A DNA stretch of 64,000 nucleotides from Bacteroidaceae bacterium (GCA_017447625.1 JAFSNB010000037.1:1630-65629); one strand, 5' to 3'; positions 7,646 through 16,826 are shown, numbered from the stretch's first letter. Notes: generated by a model from the sequence alone, not told the origin. A program made the numbers and translations.

Positions 7646-9523
7646 TTACTTGTAAATCGGGCCGAAGTTCTGGCAGGCACGGTAGTCTGCTCCCTCCTTG
7701 TCCATTCCGAAGGCGTTCCAAGCGGCTGGCCTGAAGATGTCCTTGTCAGCAACATTGTGCATGCAGACGGGTATGCGGAGGATGCTGCAGAGGGTGATGA
7801 GGTCGGCACCGATGTGACCGTAGGCGATGGCGCCGTGGTTAGCTCCCCAGCAGTTCATCACGCTATAGACGTCCTTGAAGCAGTCCTTAGTCGGGTCGAG
7901 ACGCGGCACGAACCACGTGGTGGGCCAAGTCGGGTCGGTGCGCTTGTCCAGGATATCGTGGGTCTTCGGGTCGAGTTCCACGGTCCAACCCTCAGCCAGC
8001 TGCAGCACAGGACCGAGCCCCGCTACCATATTCACGCGCATCATCGTCATCGGCATCCCACCTTTAGTCACGAAGTGAGAGCTGTAACCGCCTCCACGGA
8101 AATAGTCGCGGTCGGCCGGCATCCACGATGTGGCTTTCAGACAGGCTTCTGCGTCTTCGGGAGTGATGTTCCACGGCTCCTTCATCGTGGGCTTGCCGTC
8201 AGATGCAGTCATCGCGCCGGTGGCATCGAGGGTGGTAGCACCGCTGTTGATGAGGTGGATGAAGCCCTGAGCGGGCAAGCCGCTCAGCACGGTGCCCGTG
8301 ACGCGCTTGACGGCTTCGGGACTCCAGTAGGTGCGGATATCAGAGAACATAACGCCGCGGTTCGTCAGCAAATGTCCGAAGAGCATCGAGAGGCCGTTCA
8401 GGAAGTCGTTCTCTGTGGCGAGAACGTCGGCCTCGCGCGTGCCGTTCCAGTCGAACGAGGTGCAGAGCATCGACTCGGGGAAGTCGAAGTTGGGGCGGTA
8501 GTCGGTCCACTGGCGCTGACCCTGCACGCCGCCGAAGAGGGCGTTGTGGCCCAGAGCCTCTTCCTTGTAGCCAAGTTCCAGTAGGCGCGGGTTGCCGTGC
8601 ATGAGGTCGCGGATAATCATCATCGTCTTTACGGTGAACTCCCAGTCGGCGTCCTTCTCCTCGCGGTTCTTACCTTTGCCCTTACCGTTGAAGGTGGTCA
8701 TCGGCGTGCCCGGGAAGAGCGGACGGTCCTCGTTGTAGTCGTGACCCTCCTGCGGCTTGCAGTATTTCTCTACCCAAGCCATAGCCTTTTTAAACTCTTC
8801 GGGGTCGAAGATATTGAAGTCCACGCGGCGCAGAATCTCTACGAGCGAGACATACTCTGTGCGCATACCGAGGTAGTGCTGCAGGAAGTCTGCATCCACG
8901 ATTGAGCCGGCAATGCCCATACAGGTGTTGCCCATAGAGAGGTAGCTCTTGCCGCGCATAGTAGCCACAGCCTGGGCTGCGCGAGCGAAGCGCAGAATCT
9001 TCTCAGCCACGTCCTCGGGGATAGTGTTGTCGTTGATGTCCTGCACGTCGTGACCGTAGATGCCGAAAGCGGGCAGACCCTTCTGAGCGTGGGCGGCCAG
9101 AACGGCAGCGAGATAGACAGCGCCCGGGCGCTCTGTGCCGTTGAAGCCCCACACGGCCTTGGGGTAATGCGGGTTCATGTCCATGGTCTCAGAACCGTAG
9201 CACCAGCAGGAGGTGACTGTGATGGTAGAGCCCACGCCCTCGCGCTCGAACTTCTCGGCGCAGGCGGCGCTCTCAGCCACGCGACCGATAGTAGAGTCTG
9301 CGATGACGCACTCCACGGGCGAGCCGTCGCCGTTGCGCAGATTCGTGCTAATCAAGTCAGCGACGGCTCTGGCGAGTGCCATAGTTTTTTCTTCAAGACT
9401 CTCGCGGACCCCGCCCTGACGGCCGTCAATGGTGGGACGGATGCCGATTTTGGGATAGGATGAGCCACTTCCTGGAATGGTTTGTTGTTTGTGAGCAGAA
9501 AAAGATTGAGCAGATGACTTCAT
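7646..9523 (-). CDS. fucI: L-fucose isomerase
   Basis: [25 protein letters not shown] matches the conserved FucI N-terminus, and the roughly 625-aa length fits. The start is set at MKSS (9523) because the ORF's first ATG (9562) lies inside the -7 box at 9560-9567. Confidence 0.9.
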   Translation of the reverse strand: MKSSAQSFSAHKQQTIPGSGSSYPKIGIRPTIDGRQGGVRESLEEKTMALARAVADLISTNLRNGDGSPVECVIADSTIGRVAESAACAEKFEREGVGSTITVTSCWCYGSETMDMNPHYPKAVWGFNGTERPGAVYLAAVLAAHAQKGLPAFGIYGHDVQDINDNTIPEDVAEKILRFARAAQAVATMRGKSYLSMGNTCMGIAGSIVDADFLQHYLGMRTEYVSLVEILRRVDFNIFDPEEFKKAMAWVEKYCKPQEGHDYNEDRPLFPGTPMTTFNGKGKGKNREEKDADWEFTVKTMMIIRDLMHGNPRLLELGYKEEALGHNALFGGVQGQRQWTDYRPNFDFPESMLCTSFDWNGTREADVLATENDFLNGLSMLFGHLLTNRGVMFSDIRTYWSPEAVKRVTGTVLSGLPAQGFIHLINSGATTLDATGAMTASDGKPTMKEPWNITPEDAEACLKATSWMPADRDYFRGGGYSSHFVTKGGMPMTMMRVNMVAGLGPVLQLAEGWTVELDPKTHDILDKRTDPTWPTTWFVPRLDPTKDCFKDVYSVMNCWGANHGAIAYGHIGADLITLCSILRIPVCMHNVADKDIFRPAAWNAFGMDKEGADYRACQNFGPIYK

Positions 9524-9559
9524 AGTTGGATAGTTTTTATGGTTTCTGATTTCCGACTG

Positions 9560-9567
9560 CAAATGTA
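9560..9567 (-). promoter_or_regulatory. Bacteroidota -7 promoter box (TACATTTG on minus strand) for fucI
   Basis: The reverse complement of CAAATGTA matches TAnnTTTG. Confidence 0.5.
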
Positions 9568-9993
9568 CGAAAAGAGTTTGAGTTAGAAATTTTCTCTTTA
9601 TTTTTTTAGGATAATTAACTCATCACCGATACATAATTGAAAGACAAATCCTTAAGCACCCATCAGAATTATTGTCCCGATATAAGGCCACCCTTACGCC
9701 ATCTGACGCTTAAAGTTCATAAACTTTCGTGCATTTATCCGAAGGGTTTTCGCTAAAACCATATAGGGTTTGGGGCAAAACCCCATGGACTTCTTGAATC
9801 GTGATGCAAGGGTTCTTGCGGAAGCAGAGTGCCGTCATTTATCCAGAACGGAAGGATGCATTCGTAGCTCTGATGACCGGTTTGGGATGATCCCTGACAG
9901 CCTTATGAGAATGAGGCAAAGCCCCCCCTATGGCCCCCTATATAGGGGCCTAAGGGGAGGGGCTATTGCCTAAGACGGCGGCAACGGGTCGAA

Positions 9994-10428
9994 CTAGCCC
10001 CAAGTTCCTTGTCTCCCAGAACATGTTGTTCCATATCCGTGAACCGCAACTGAGCAACGACTGCACCCTGGCATGCATATCGCTGTAGAAAATGCGTCCA
10101 GTACACCATAGGGCATGAGTAATGCAGGGCGAAACCGTTGCACGGCCGCCTTGAACAGTCGTAGGCGCTGCATTTGCAGAACCTTGTCAAGAAAACAACA
10201 GACCATAAGTATGGCGTTGAAGAGAGTCTTAGGGCTCTTAGCCTTGCCTGTGGCGGCTACCAGCTCGCCGCGTGGGAAGTATGGTTTCCCGATAATATGG
10301 AACAGGAACTTTATTGGCGGCAGTATTGTGTCACGCCTGATGTGCAGCTTTTCAAACCGTCTCTTGTCGTCGGTCATTGGATGTTGAACCACCGACAGAT
10401 GTACTAAGTAAAAATTTTTCTCATTCAT
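9994..10428 (-). CDS. Hypothetical protein or gene remnant (no recognisable domain)
   Basis: 144-aa ORF in a region of coding-like composition. A TAnnTTTG box lies upstream at 10604-10611 (minus). No motif was recognised, and overlapping ORFs occur on both strands. Confidence 0.2.
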   Translation of the reverse strand: MNEKNFYLVHLSVVQHPMTDDKRRFEKLHIRRDTILPPIKFLFHIIGKPYFPRGELVAATGKAKSPKTLFNAILMVCCFLDKVLQMQRLRLFKAAVQRFRPALLMPYGVLDAFSTAICMPGCSRCSVAVHGYGTTCSGRQGTWG

Positions 10429-10464
10429 AATAGTAACTTTGACCGGTCTCGGATAATGATTGTG

Positions 10465-10528
10465 AGTTATTAGTTTATTAGTTTATTAGTTTAGTGGTTT
10501 AGTAGTTTATTAGTTTAATAGTTAGTAG
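10465..10528. repeat. Tandem octamer array (AGTTTATT-type, about 8 units)
   Basis: Read directly as AGTTTATT AGTTTATT AGTTTAGT GGTTTAGT AGTTTATT AGTTTAAT AGTTAGT. Confidence 0.8.
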
Positions 10529-10530
10529 CC

Positions 10531-10591
10531 CTTACACTCCCCTTTAGGGGGCTTGGGGGCTCTTACACTCCCCTTTAGGGGGCTTGGGGGC
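10531..10591. repeat. 2 x 31-bp tandem repeat, each unit containing a CCCC-TTTA-GGGG hairpin
   Basis: CTTACACTCCCCTTTAGGGGGCTTGGGGGC occurs twice back to back with no spacer. Confidence 0.85.
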
Positions 10592-10603
10592 AAGCATTGG
10601 GTG

Positions 10604-10611
10604 CAAAGGTA
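10604..10611 (-). promoter_or_regulatory. Candidate -7 promoter box (TACCTTTG on minus strand)
   Basis: The reverse complement of CAAAGGTA. It points toward ORF 9994..10428 across the repeat arrays. Confidence 0.3.
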
Positions 10612-10801
10612 ATCAATTATCAGCAAACTCGCATGGAAAGCGTTCCAACAATGTTGGCACGAAAAAGTGATAATTTAACTTTTATTTAACCCAAATTTCT
10701 GAAGTAGTTAAGTAGTCAGTAGTTAAGAAGTTGAGCAACAAGCGAAACTTAAAATGTTCAGCCCTAATCATTAGAACGTGATGTATAGGGTCTGAAATAT
10801 A

Positions 10802-10860
10802 CGGCTCTTTAAATAATACAACTGCCGAACCCACACTTTACTGTGCAGATTCGACAGTTT
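10802..10860. repeat. Left 59-bp direct repeat of island (contains a terminator-like hairpin with one stem mismatch)
   Basis: CGGCTCTTTAAATAATACAACTGCCGAACCCACACTTTACTGTGCAGATTCGACAGTTT matches 14563-14621 with one A/G difference. Confidence 0.9.
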
Positions 10861-10965
10861 ATAGAGACATCTTTTCTGACGACGTTGCTTTCTAGAATAA
10901 CCCTATTATTTGCCAATGAAACTTAATTTCAAGACATAAAGAATTGTTGTATGAAAGAAAATCTG

Positions 10966-10973
10966 TACCTTTG
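10966..10973 (+). promoter_or_regulatory. Bacteroidota -7 promoter box TACCTTTG at the left end of the island
   Basis: Matches TAnnTTTG upstream of the plus-strand 3-gene block. Confidence 0.45.
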
Positions 10974-11037
10974 CAGCATGAAATTCAAAATTGTGTAAAA
11001 TGACGTAATAGTTTAACAAGACATATCATCAGAAGAA

Positions 11038-11775
11038 GTGTTTTACTTCTTGCATGTGACATTCGGAAAATCGCCAGTTAGAAGAATGAGCCACAATAGC
11101 AAGTTAGTGAAATGCTTGTACCTACGGGTGCAGGCTTTCCTTATTTGTGTGGCAATGGTGTTTGGCGATACCTCCGAATGTGCAAATACAGGATTGTTTG
11201 CACCTTTTCTTTTTGTGTGTCGCAAAACAAAATGGGCAATGAGTAATTTTAGAAAATGGGAATTATCATATTTTTGTGGGATATATGGAAGAGTTATCCC
11301 TCATTATCTGCCAGATGGAAAGCATTTCGTTTCCTTCCATTGCAGTAATCGTGATGGGGATACGCCAACAATTAAGGTTGATGATTCTCTTGGTGAGATG
11401 AGGTTTGTTGACCTTTTTGGCTATAACAAAAGCATTGTACAGATAGGAGATGAATATGTTTTGTGTTCAAATGAAAGGGCAGATGCCTTGGAGCAAGAAC
11501 ACAGAGAAACAGAAACTTCCCACAATACAATACCCCGTGCAATGCAAGACACTTCATATAAAGCATACGAAAAGTGTACAACTTATGACATAAAAATGGA
11601 ATCTTTGTTTTTCAGTCCTATGATGTTGCAAAGTAGATATAGTTTAATCTGTAAGGATGATTGTTTATATCCCACATGTCCATTTTACTCAAAATGGGCA
11701 ATTGACAATCGTGCTTATCAGCATAAAAACGACTATGATGAATGGATAGTAGAAGCATATAAACAGCTGAAATGA
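11038..11775 (+). CDS. Hypothetical protein (island cargo gene 1); alternative start at 11239 (MSNFRKW)
   Basis: 245-aa ORF with no recognised domain. Its stop lies 9 nt before the next ORF. The first 67 codons look non-protein-like, so the 179-aa version from 11239 may be the real product. Confidence 0.4.
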   Translation: MFYFLHVTFGKSPVRRMSHNSKLVKCLYLRVQAFLICVAMVFGDTSECANTGLFAPFLFVCRKTKWAMSNFRKWELSYFCGIYGRVIPHYLPDGKHFVSFHCSNRDGDTPTIKVDDSLGEMRFVDLFGYNKSIVQIGDEYVLCSNERADALEQEHRETETSHNTIPRAMQDTSYKAYEKCTTYDIKMESLFFSPMMLQSRYSLICKDDCLYPTCPFYSKWAIDNRAYQHKNDYDEWIVEAYKQLK

Positions 11776-11784
11776 AGCATAAAT

Positions 11785-12006
11785 ATGAATGCAATAGAGT
11801 TAATAGTTGCTATAATCCTTGGCTCATTTGTAGCCATCCCACTTTTTCTCCTAATTGCAGGATTTGTTAAGAATAATATAGATAAGGGAGAGAAAGAAAG
11901 CACAGGAATAGTAGGGTGGATAATTGCAATACTCATTGCTTGTGCCATCTTTTATGCTCTATTCTTTGCTGATGAGTGCAACTTTGACCATTTTAGACAT
12001 ACTTAA
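11785..12006 (+). CDS. Small membrane protein with two predicted TM helices (island cargo gene 2)
   Basis: 73 aa with hydrophobic segments LIVAIILGSFVAIPLFLLIAGFV and IVGWIIAILIACAIFYALFF. It is tightly packed between its neighbours. Confidence 0.5.
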   Translation: MNAIELIVAIILGSFVAIPLFLLIAGFVKNNIDKGEKESTGIVGWIIAILIACAIFYALFFADECNFDHFRHT

Positions 12007-12008
12007 AG

Positions 12009-13169
12009 ATGAAAGCATTAGACTACATATTGGCGAATTACCAACAAGAGAAGTACCAAGCCAGTCTTGCTGAAAGGGGTGTTTTGAGAGCTTTGGTACA
12101 TACCCTCAACAAGGAAGAACTGCTTATACTTCAAAAGAAATTGAAGCGTGGCACTTCCAAATGGAGTGTAGGTAATGGACTTTACGAAGAAGCCGCTAAA
12201 GTCTTGAATAGGATACAGCCACATAAGAATGAAAGCATTTCTGCCCTATTGAATGCCTTTACAGACAAACAGAGTGGCAAGGTTGCAGAAGCAAGGGCAG
12301 AACTACGAGACAGATTTGGCAAGCAATCTTTCCAGATGCAGCGTAAGATACTCAAAGCCATGCTTTCTGCGTCAAAGCAAGACAGAGTTTGGACATACAA
12401 GCAATTAGGCAATGTTTGGGACGATTATTTCTTTGAAGATGTGAAAAACTTATGGGAACAGTACCATGAAAAAGAATGTGGTGCTATGATTATAAAGCAC
12501 TTCCCTATGGAATATGTATATGATAACCTGTCCGCATTAGATATACGTGGCAACTACACTAATCTTTGCATCAAGTTAATACATCACCCAAAGTTCCAGA
12601 TAGATAAGAAGAGGCTAAAAGAAGCACCTGTATTTTATGGTAGCCCCGAAGTGGAATATCTCTACATCCTGGCTAAGTCTAAAAGTAAGATAGAAAAAGG
12701 AGAAGCCACACGTACATTATTTAATCAGATGGCAGTATTTATCAACATAGTTAATACTCCACCCCAATTTATAGGCAACAGGGCATACAACTTTGAACGT
12801 CAGATAGAAGAAAGGGATGTTTCCACCAAGCATTTCGATTTTGTATCTGGCATTCTCTGGTGCATGGGAGAACTTGGATTGGTTGATGAACTGATTGCTT
12901 TTGAAGAATGGGACAACATGGTTAGGATAAAGTTCTTGGGAAGTGAGGAACTGCAATATATGGGAAATGCCTATTCTTTTGAAGAAAAAAAGGAGTTGTG
13001 GCACCTCTTTCTTCAAACTCTAATTGAATGTTTGCCGACAGAATATCAGCAGTTAGTCCAAGCGAAGTGTCCCTCAACCTCAAAGCCAACAAAGGAGGAT
13101 TTGCTTAACAACAACCCTGCTCTTAAATATCTTGTGGAGAAACTTGGGTTAGAAATTGTGCGATACTGA
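12009..13169 (+). CDS. Hypothetical protein, 386 aa, no recognised domain (island cargo gene 3)
   Basis: Long uninterrupted ORF in AT-rich DNA starting 2 nt after the preceding stop. It is followed by a strong hairpin. Confidence 0.6.
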   Translation: MKALDYILANYQQEKYQASLAERGVLRALVHTLNKEELLILQKKLKRGTSKWSVGNGLYEEAAKVLNRIQPHKNESISALLNAFTDKQSGKVAEARAELRDRFGKQSFQMQRKILKAMLSASKQDRVWTYKQLGNVWDDYFFEDVKNLWEQYHEKECGAMIIKHFPMEYVYDNLSALDIRGNYTNLCIKLIHHPKFQIDKKRLKEAPVFYGSPEVEYLYILAKSKSKIEKGEATRTLFNQMAVFINIVNTPPQFIGNRAYNFERQIEERDVSTKHFDFVSGILWCMGELGLVDELIAFEEWDNMVRIKFLGSEELQYMGNAYSFEEKKELWHLFLQTLIECLPTEYQQLVQAKCPSTSKPTKEDLLNNNPALKYLVEKLGLEIVRY

Positions 13170-13191
13170 AAAACAAAGAGGAACAAATAAT

Positions 13192-13232
13192 CAGTTACCC
13201 TGCTTACCTTGTGAAGGGTAAGAGGGTAACTG
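13192..13232. terminator. Bidirectional hairpin terminator between convergent island genes
   Basis: CAGTTACCCT (13192-13201) pairs with AGGGTAACTG (13223-13232), with inner CTTACC/GGTAAG pairing. It is flanked by A/T runs. Confidence 0.65.
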
Positions 13233-13253
13233 AAAAATCAAAGTTATTCAAAT

Positions 13254-14300
13254 TCAGTGTTTTTTCTCCTTTACCAAATATCCATACACCCCATTCCTTT
13301 TCACTCTTTCAAATTTTATGTCTCTAAGAATGCGACCCAAAACCTGAATGGAAAGCGACTTAAAGCATGTTTCCTGAACCAAAGCCTGCTGTATCTGTGT
13401 GGTCTGTAGAAAAGAGGTCTCGTCCCCTGCATGGCATGGTTCAAAATGTGCTTCTAAAGCCTCTTCTTCTACAGATATATACCTAAACTGGGCATTTTTC
13501 TCATTGAGCAGGGCTATCTCGCTTTCATCGAACCAAAACTGAAACCCAGTCTTGAAGAGGTGAAGCAATTGGGCGTATAATTGATTCAAAGGTACTTGGT
13601 GATTGAGATTGATGTTCTCCACTTCAAAACAAAGAAATCTCCTATTGCCTGTTAAGTCTGTGAGAAACTGTTTCTTGTTTACCGTACCCGCGAAAGAAGC
13701 CCTCCTTGTGTAGGACTGGCTGATGGTCTGATAGGCTCTCCTCATGTAGATACTCTCTTGTGTCATAAGCATCTTCAATGCGTCGATGTTCCTGTCTGAC
13801 ATATTTTCAAGTTCATCCATCAAAATAAGAATGCACTCCGAAAGTCTCACGTTTGTTTCCTTGTCCTTTGTTTGGATGTAACCCTCGTAGATAAACTCTT
13901 TCAATTCTGGAGAAATAATTGTGTGAAACCACCTTGTTTTGCCAATCCCTTGTGGACCAGAGAAGATAATTGCGGTATGGTTCACCGCTTTCTCATCAAC
14001 AAGTGAAGCCACCATTGCGACAAGCCACTTTTTCAAACAGAAGACCCAATGCTTTTGGTCTGTAGTGGTAACACTATCTGCAAGTTTACTCACATAATCT
14101 GTTCCGTCCCATTCTGGCAAACCATTTAGGTAAGCCAGAAATGGGTCAAACTTGTTTACGTAGTCTGAGAACAGCACCACTCTCAACAAGTCCTTGGAAC
14201 ATCTGATATTGGCTATCTTGATGTTCTTTAGAATTGTGTTAAACTCAAAATCAGTCAGATAGTGAAAATCATCCGTCCCTGATTTTGATTTAACAAGCAA
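13254..14300 (-). CDS. VirE/VapE-family P-loop NTPase (primase-helicase-associated), probably N-terminally disrupted
   Basis: Walker A FSGPQGIGKTRWF, Walker B ILILMDELE and the family motif TGNRRFLCFEV. The frame continues upstream to an ATG at 14402 but is interrupted by TAA at 14352-14354. Confidence 0.7.
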   Translation of the reverse strand: MLVKSKSGTDDFHYLTDFEFNTILKNIKIANIRCSKDLLRVVLFSDYVNKFDPFLAYLNGLPEWDGTDYVSKLADSVTTTDQKHWVFCLKKWLVAMVASLVDEKAVNHTAIIFSGPQGIGKTRWFHTIISPELKEFIYEGYIQTKDKETNVRLSECILILMDELENMSDRNIDALKMLMTQESIYMRRAYQTISQSYTRRASFAGTVNKKQFLTDLTGNRRFLCFEVENINLNHQVPLNQLYAQLLHLFKTGFQFWFDESEIALLNEKNAQFRYISVEEEALEAHFEPCHAGDETSFLQTTQIQQALVQETCFKSLSIQVLGRILRDIKFERVKRNGVYGYLVKEKKH

Positions 14301-14398
14301 TCTGTTAGTGTTGCCATTATACTTGAACAGGTAATTGGCCGTCAGATAATTTTACACCATCTGCACATTAGTAATCGTTGTGCTCTCTGGTACTTGGG

Positions 14399-14539
14399 TC
14401 ATAATATACCTCCTTTCTGCACGATTACGGCTTCAAGTTGCTTGTGCGTTAAATACAATCTACCTCCAAAATCTATCAAGGGAAAAATACCTTTAGCCCT
14501 CCAATTGAAAAGAGTTCTCTTGGTTACTTTGAAAAGTGG
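14399..14539 (-). pseudogene. N-terminally truncated excisionase/MerR-type helix-turn-helix gene fragment
   Basis: My translation of the minus strand is PLFKVTKRTLFNWRAKGIFPLIDFGGRLYLTHKQLEAVIVQKGGIL*. A stop codon sits immediately upstream (14540-14542) and there is no start. An ATGA overlap with the VapE-like upstream ATG lies at 14399-14402. Confidence 0.55.
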
Positions 14540-14562
14540 TTAACAGAAGTCGATGCTCAGCG

Positions 14563-14621
14563 CGGCTCTTTAAATAATACAACTGCCGAACCCACACTTT
14601 ACTGTGCAGATTCGGCAGTTT
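14563..14621. repeat. Right 59-bp direct repeat of island; intact hairpin plus T-run (terminator for the GH51 gene and/or the island)
   Basis: AACTGCCGAA...TTCGGCAGTT is followed by TTTTTATTT. Confidence 0.9.
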
Positions 14622-14677
14622 TTTATTTGATGATGCTTGATGATATTTATTTCACCAATTGCAGATTATAGTATCGG

Positions 14678-16699
14678 TTAGAGATTGTAGCGAAGCATCA
14701 CGAAGGAGTAGGGGGCCAGAGTGGTCTTGAACTTCTTCTCGGGTTTGAAGGTCTCGGTCTTGGGCTTGATGGGCTGAGCGTCGTAGTTGTTCTCATCCTC
14801 GGGCTGACCGCTGAGGGTGGTCTTCGTGGCAGTCTTGCGAAGGCCGAAACGGGAGAGGTCGATAGAGGCCGTCTTGGGTTCGGCGGTGGCGTTGCAGAGT
14901 TTTACGAAGAGCTGACGGGTACGGGTGTTGAGGACGACGGACTGTCCGTAGTGTACGTCCTCCTGGGGCTGCTCAATGCCCTCGGCATCGCCGTCGAAGC
15001 GGACGCAGTTTCCGTAGTAGTACTGGCCTGAGCTCTGACCGAACATCTGTTGGATGTAATAGCTACATGTGAGGTAGGGGCGTTCGTTGTCAAAGTAAAT
15101 CAGGTCGGGATTCCAGTTGGTGCCGTCCTTCTTGGCAAAGAGGGGGGCATAGGAAGTCATGGCCACGATGTCGCCATTGCGCTCCACATGCAGGAGGTAG
15201 AGACCTTCAGCCAGGGCGTCGATGAGTTTCTTGTCTTTGGCTGCATACTCGCCGAGATAGACCTTGGTGTTGCGGGTGCGCGGGTATTTGTCGTACTGGC
15301 GGCTCTTGAGGAAATAGTCGTTCTTCTCATAATAGTGCTCATCAATTATGGGCATATCGAGCTCTTCTGCCAGCTTCCAGCCGTTCTCAAGGTCGGGGTT
15401 GCCGGGGTGTGAACCGGGGCCTGCTGTGCCCACGATGACGATGTCGGGGTATTTAGCCGTCACTTTCTTGTAGATGTAGCGGAAACGCTCGGAGAACTCG
15501 GGAGTAATCTTCTCCTCGTTGCCGAGACCCAGATACTTCAGATTGAAAGGCTCCGGGTGTCCGGCTTCAGCACGCTTACGGGCCCATTGGTTCTTAGCGG
15601 GGTCGCCGTTGGCCCACTCTATGAGGTCGATGGCCTCGCTGACCCACTCGTCCATCTCAGACATCGGCACCACGTCCTGAGCCTGAGTCTTCATATTCCA
15701 ACCGCCGTTTGTTCCTTGGCAGCTGACACCACATGGCAGGATAGGCAATGGCTCCATGCCCAAGTCTTCGCAGAACTGGAAATACTCGAAGTAACCAAGA
15801 CCCATGCTCTGATGGTAGCCCCAGGTGTTCTTCAGCTGACGGCGCTGTTCCTTCGGACCGATAGTGGTCTTCCAGCGGTAGGTGTTCCAGAAGCCGTCGC
15901 CGCCGCCGTGAACTACGCATCCGCCGGGGAAGCGCATAAACTTAGGCTTCAGGTCTGCAAGAGCCTGAGCGAGGTCCTTGCGTAGGCCGTGGCCTTTGTA
16001 TGTTTCCTGCGGCATAAGGGAGACCATGTCGATGTCGAGGTCACCTTTGGTCAGCACGAGAATCTGAAGGGCTGCGTTCTGTGCACTCTCAGAAGGCATA
16101 AGGGTGGTCTCGTATTTCTTCCAGTTGGGAGAGCCAACGCCCAAGATTGCCTCTGCCAGAAGCTTGGGCGCTTTGCCCCAGCCCTGAGGCACCACGAGAG
16201 CCACGCGCACCTGCTTTGCGCCGCCGCCGGAGTTGCGGCAGAAGGCGGAGAAGTCATAGAGGTTGCCGGCTTTTACGCTGATGCCGCCGAAACCGTCGTT
16301 CTGCAAGCCGAATCCTTTCCAACCGTCGTAGTCGTAATACTCCTTCACGCGCTCGGTGTGCAGGCGCATATAGGTCGGGTTGTTCTGGTGAATAGGCTTG
16401 TCCATTCGAGCCTCCATATATCCCAGAGAATGTCCCGGGCGGAGCATACGCCACGCGGTGCTTGGCCCCCAGCCGTCGCGTTCGTTTCCGTTGAACTCGA
16501 AGGAGCCGTTCTGAATGAGCTCGGCGTAGAGACCGCCGTCGGCGCTGGAGCTGATGTCCTCGAAGAAGATTCCTATCAGTTCGTCGCTGATGGGTTTGCC
16601 GCCTTCAGGTGCCTTCATAGCTTTCTGGGCATTGGCGGTGAGGGTGGCAAAGAGGAACAGCCACCCGATGAAATGTGCACGATTTAGAGTTGTTAGCAT
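14678..16699 (-). CDS. Alpha-L-arabinofuranosidase, GH51
   Basis: Has a signal peptide, the GGLYAELIQNGSFEF N-terminal motif, the LGLGNEE acid/base region and a C-terminal beta-sandwich. Confidence 0.85.
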   Translation of the reverse strand: MLTTLNRAHFIGWLFLFATLTANAQKAMKAPEGGKPISDELIGIFFEDISSSADGGLYAELIQNGSFEFNGNERDGWGPSTAWRMLRPGHSLGYMEARMDKPIHQNNPTYMRLHTERVKEYYDYDGWKGFGLQNDGFGGISVKAGNLYDFSAFCRNSGGGAKQVRVALVVPQGWGKAPKLLAEAILGVGSPNWKKYETTLMPSESAQNAALQILVLTKGDLDIDMVSLMPQETYKGHGLRKDLAQALADLKPKFMRFPGGCVVHGGGDGFWNTYRWKTTIGPKEQRRQLKNTWGYHQSMGLGYFEYFQFCEDLGMEPLPILPCGVSCQGTNGGWNMKTQAQDVVPMSEMDEWVSEAIDLIEWANGDPAKNQWARKRAEAGHPEPFNLKYLGLGNEEKITPEFSERFRYIYKKVTAKYPDIVIVGTAGPGSHPGNPDLENGWKLAEELDMPIIDEHYYEKNDYFLKSRQYDKYPRTRNTKVYLGEYAAKDKKLIDALAEGLYLLHVERNGDIVAMTSYAPLFAKKDGTNWNPDLIYFDNERPYLTCSYYIQQMFGQSSGQYYYGNCVRFDGDAEGIEQPQEDVHYGQSVVLNTRTRQLFVKLCNATAEPKTASIDLSRFGLRKTATKTTLSGQPEDENNYDAQPIKPKTETFKPEKKFKTTLAPYSFVMLRYNL

Positions 16700-16718
16700 A
16701 ATTTGATTTTTAAGATTT

Positions 16719-16762
16719 GGACTCTCCCCCGCCCTCCCTGTTAGGGAGGGAGCAGAATGAGG
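16719..16762. repeat. Single arm of the GGACTCTCCCCC...CTCCCT-loop-AGGGAG element, in the 5' leader of GH51
   Basis: GGACTCTCCCCCGCCCTCCCTGTTAGGGAGGGAGCAGAATGAGG resembles 5989-6030 and 54310-54355. Confidence 0.85.
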
Positions 16763-16826
16763 AAAGGCTAATTATTTAAATGTTTATAATTCGTGAAATC
16801 CGTTGTTTTACAAAAAATGAGTGGTC

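Larger units (their letters stand above)
10802..14621. mobile_element. AT-rich 3.8-kb island bounded by 59-bp direct repeats; decayed integrative or mobilisable element with no integrase present
   Basis: The direct repeats 10802-10860 and 14563-14621 differ at one base. Composition is clearly more AT-rich than the flanks by eye. Contents are a VirE/VapE-like gene with an in-frame stop, an N-terminally truncated excisionase-type HTH and 3 unknown ORFs. Confidence 0.6.

Noticed and set aside
9994-10428. Transposase (IS982-like or IS4/IS5-like) remnant
   Set aside because: I could not identify DDE motifs or any family-specific C-terminal signature. The resemblance was impressionistic only, so the ORF is kept as a low-confidence hypothetical.
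10531-10591. Possible CRISPR array
   Set aside because: There are only two directly abutting 31-bp units with no spacers and no cas genes. No other regularly spaced repeat-spacer structure occurs in the window.
10802-14621. Intact integrative element or prophage
   Set aside because: No integrase, recombinase or transposase is present, and no structural or transfer genes. The hallmark genes are truncated or interrupted. It is called only a decayed element.
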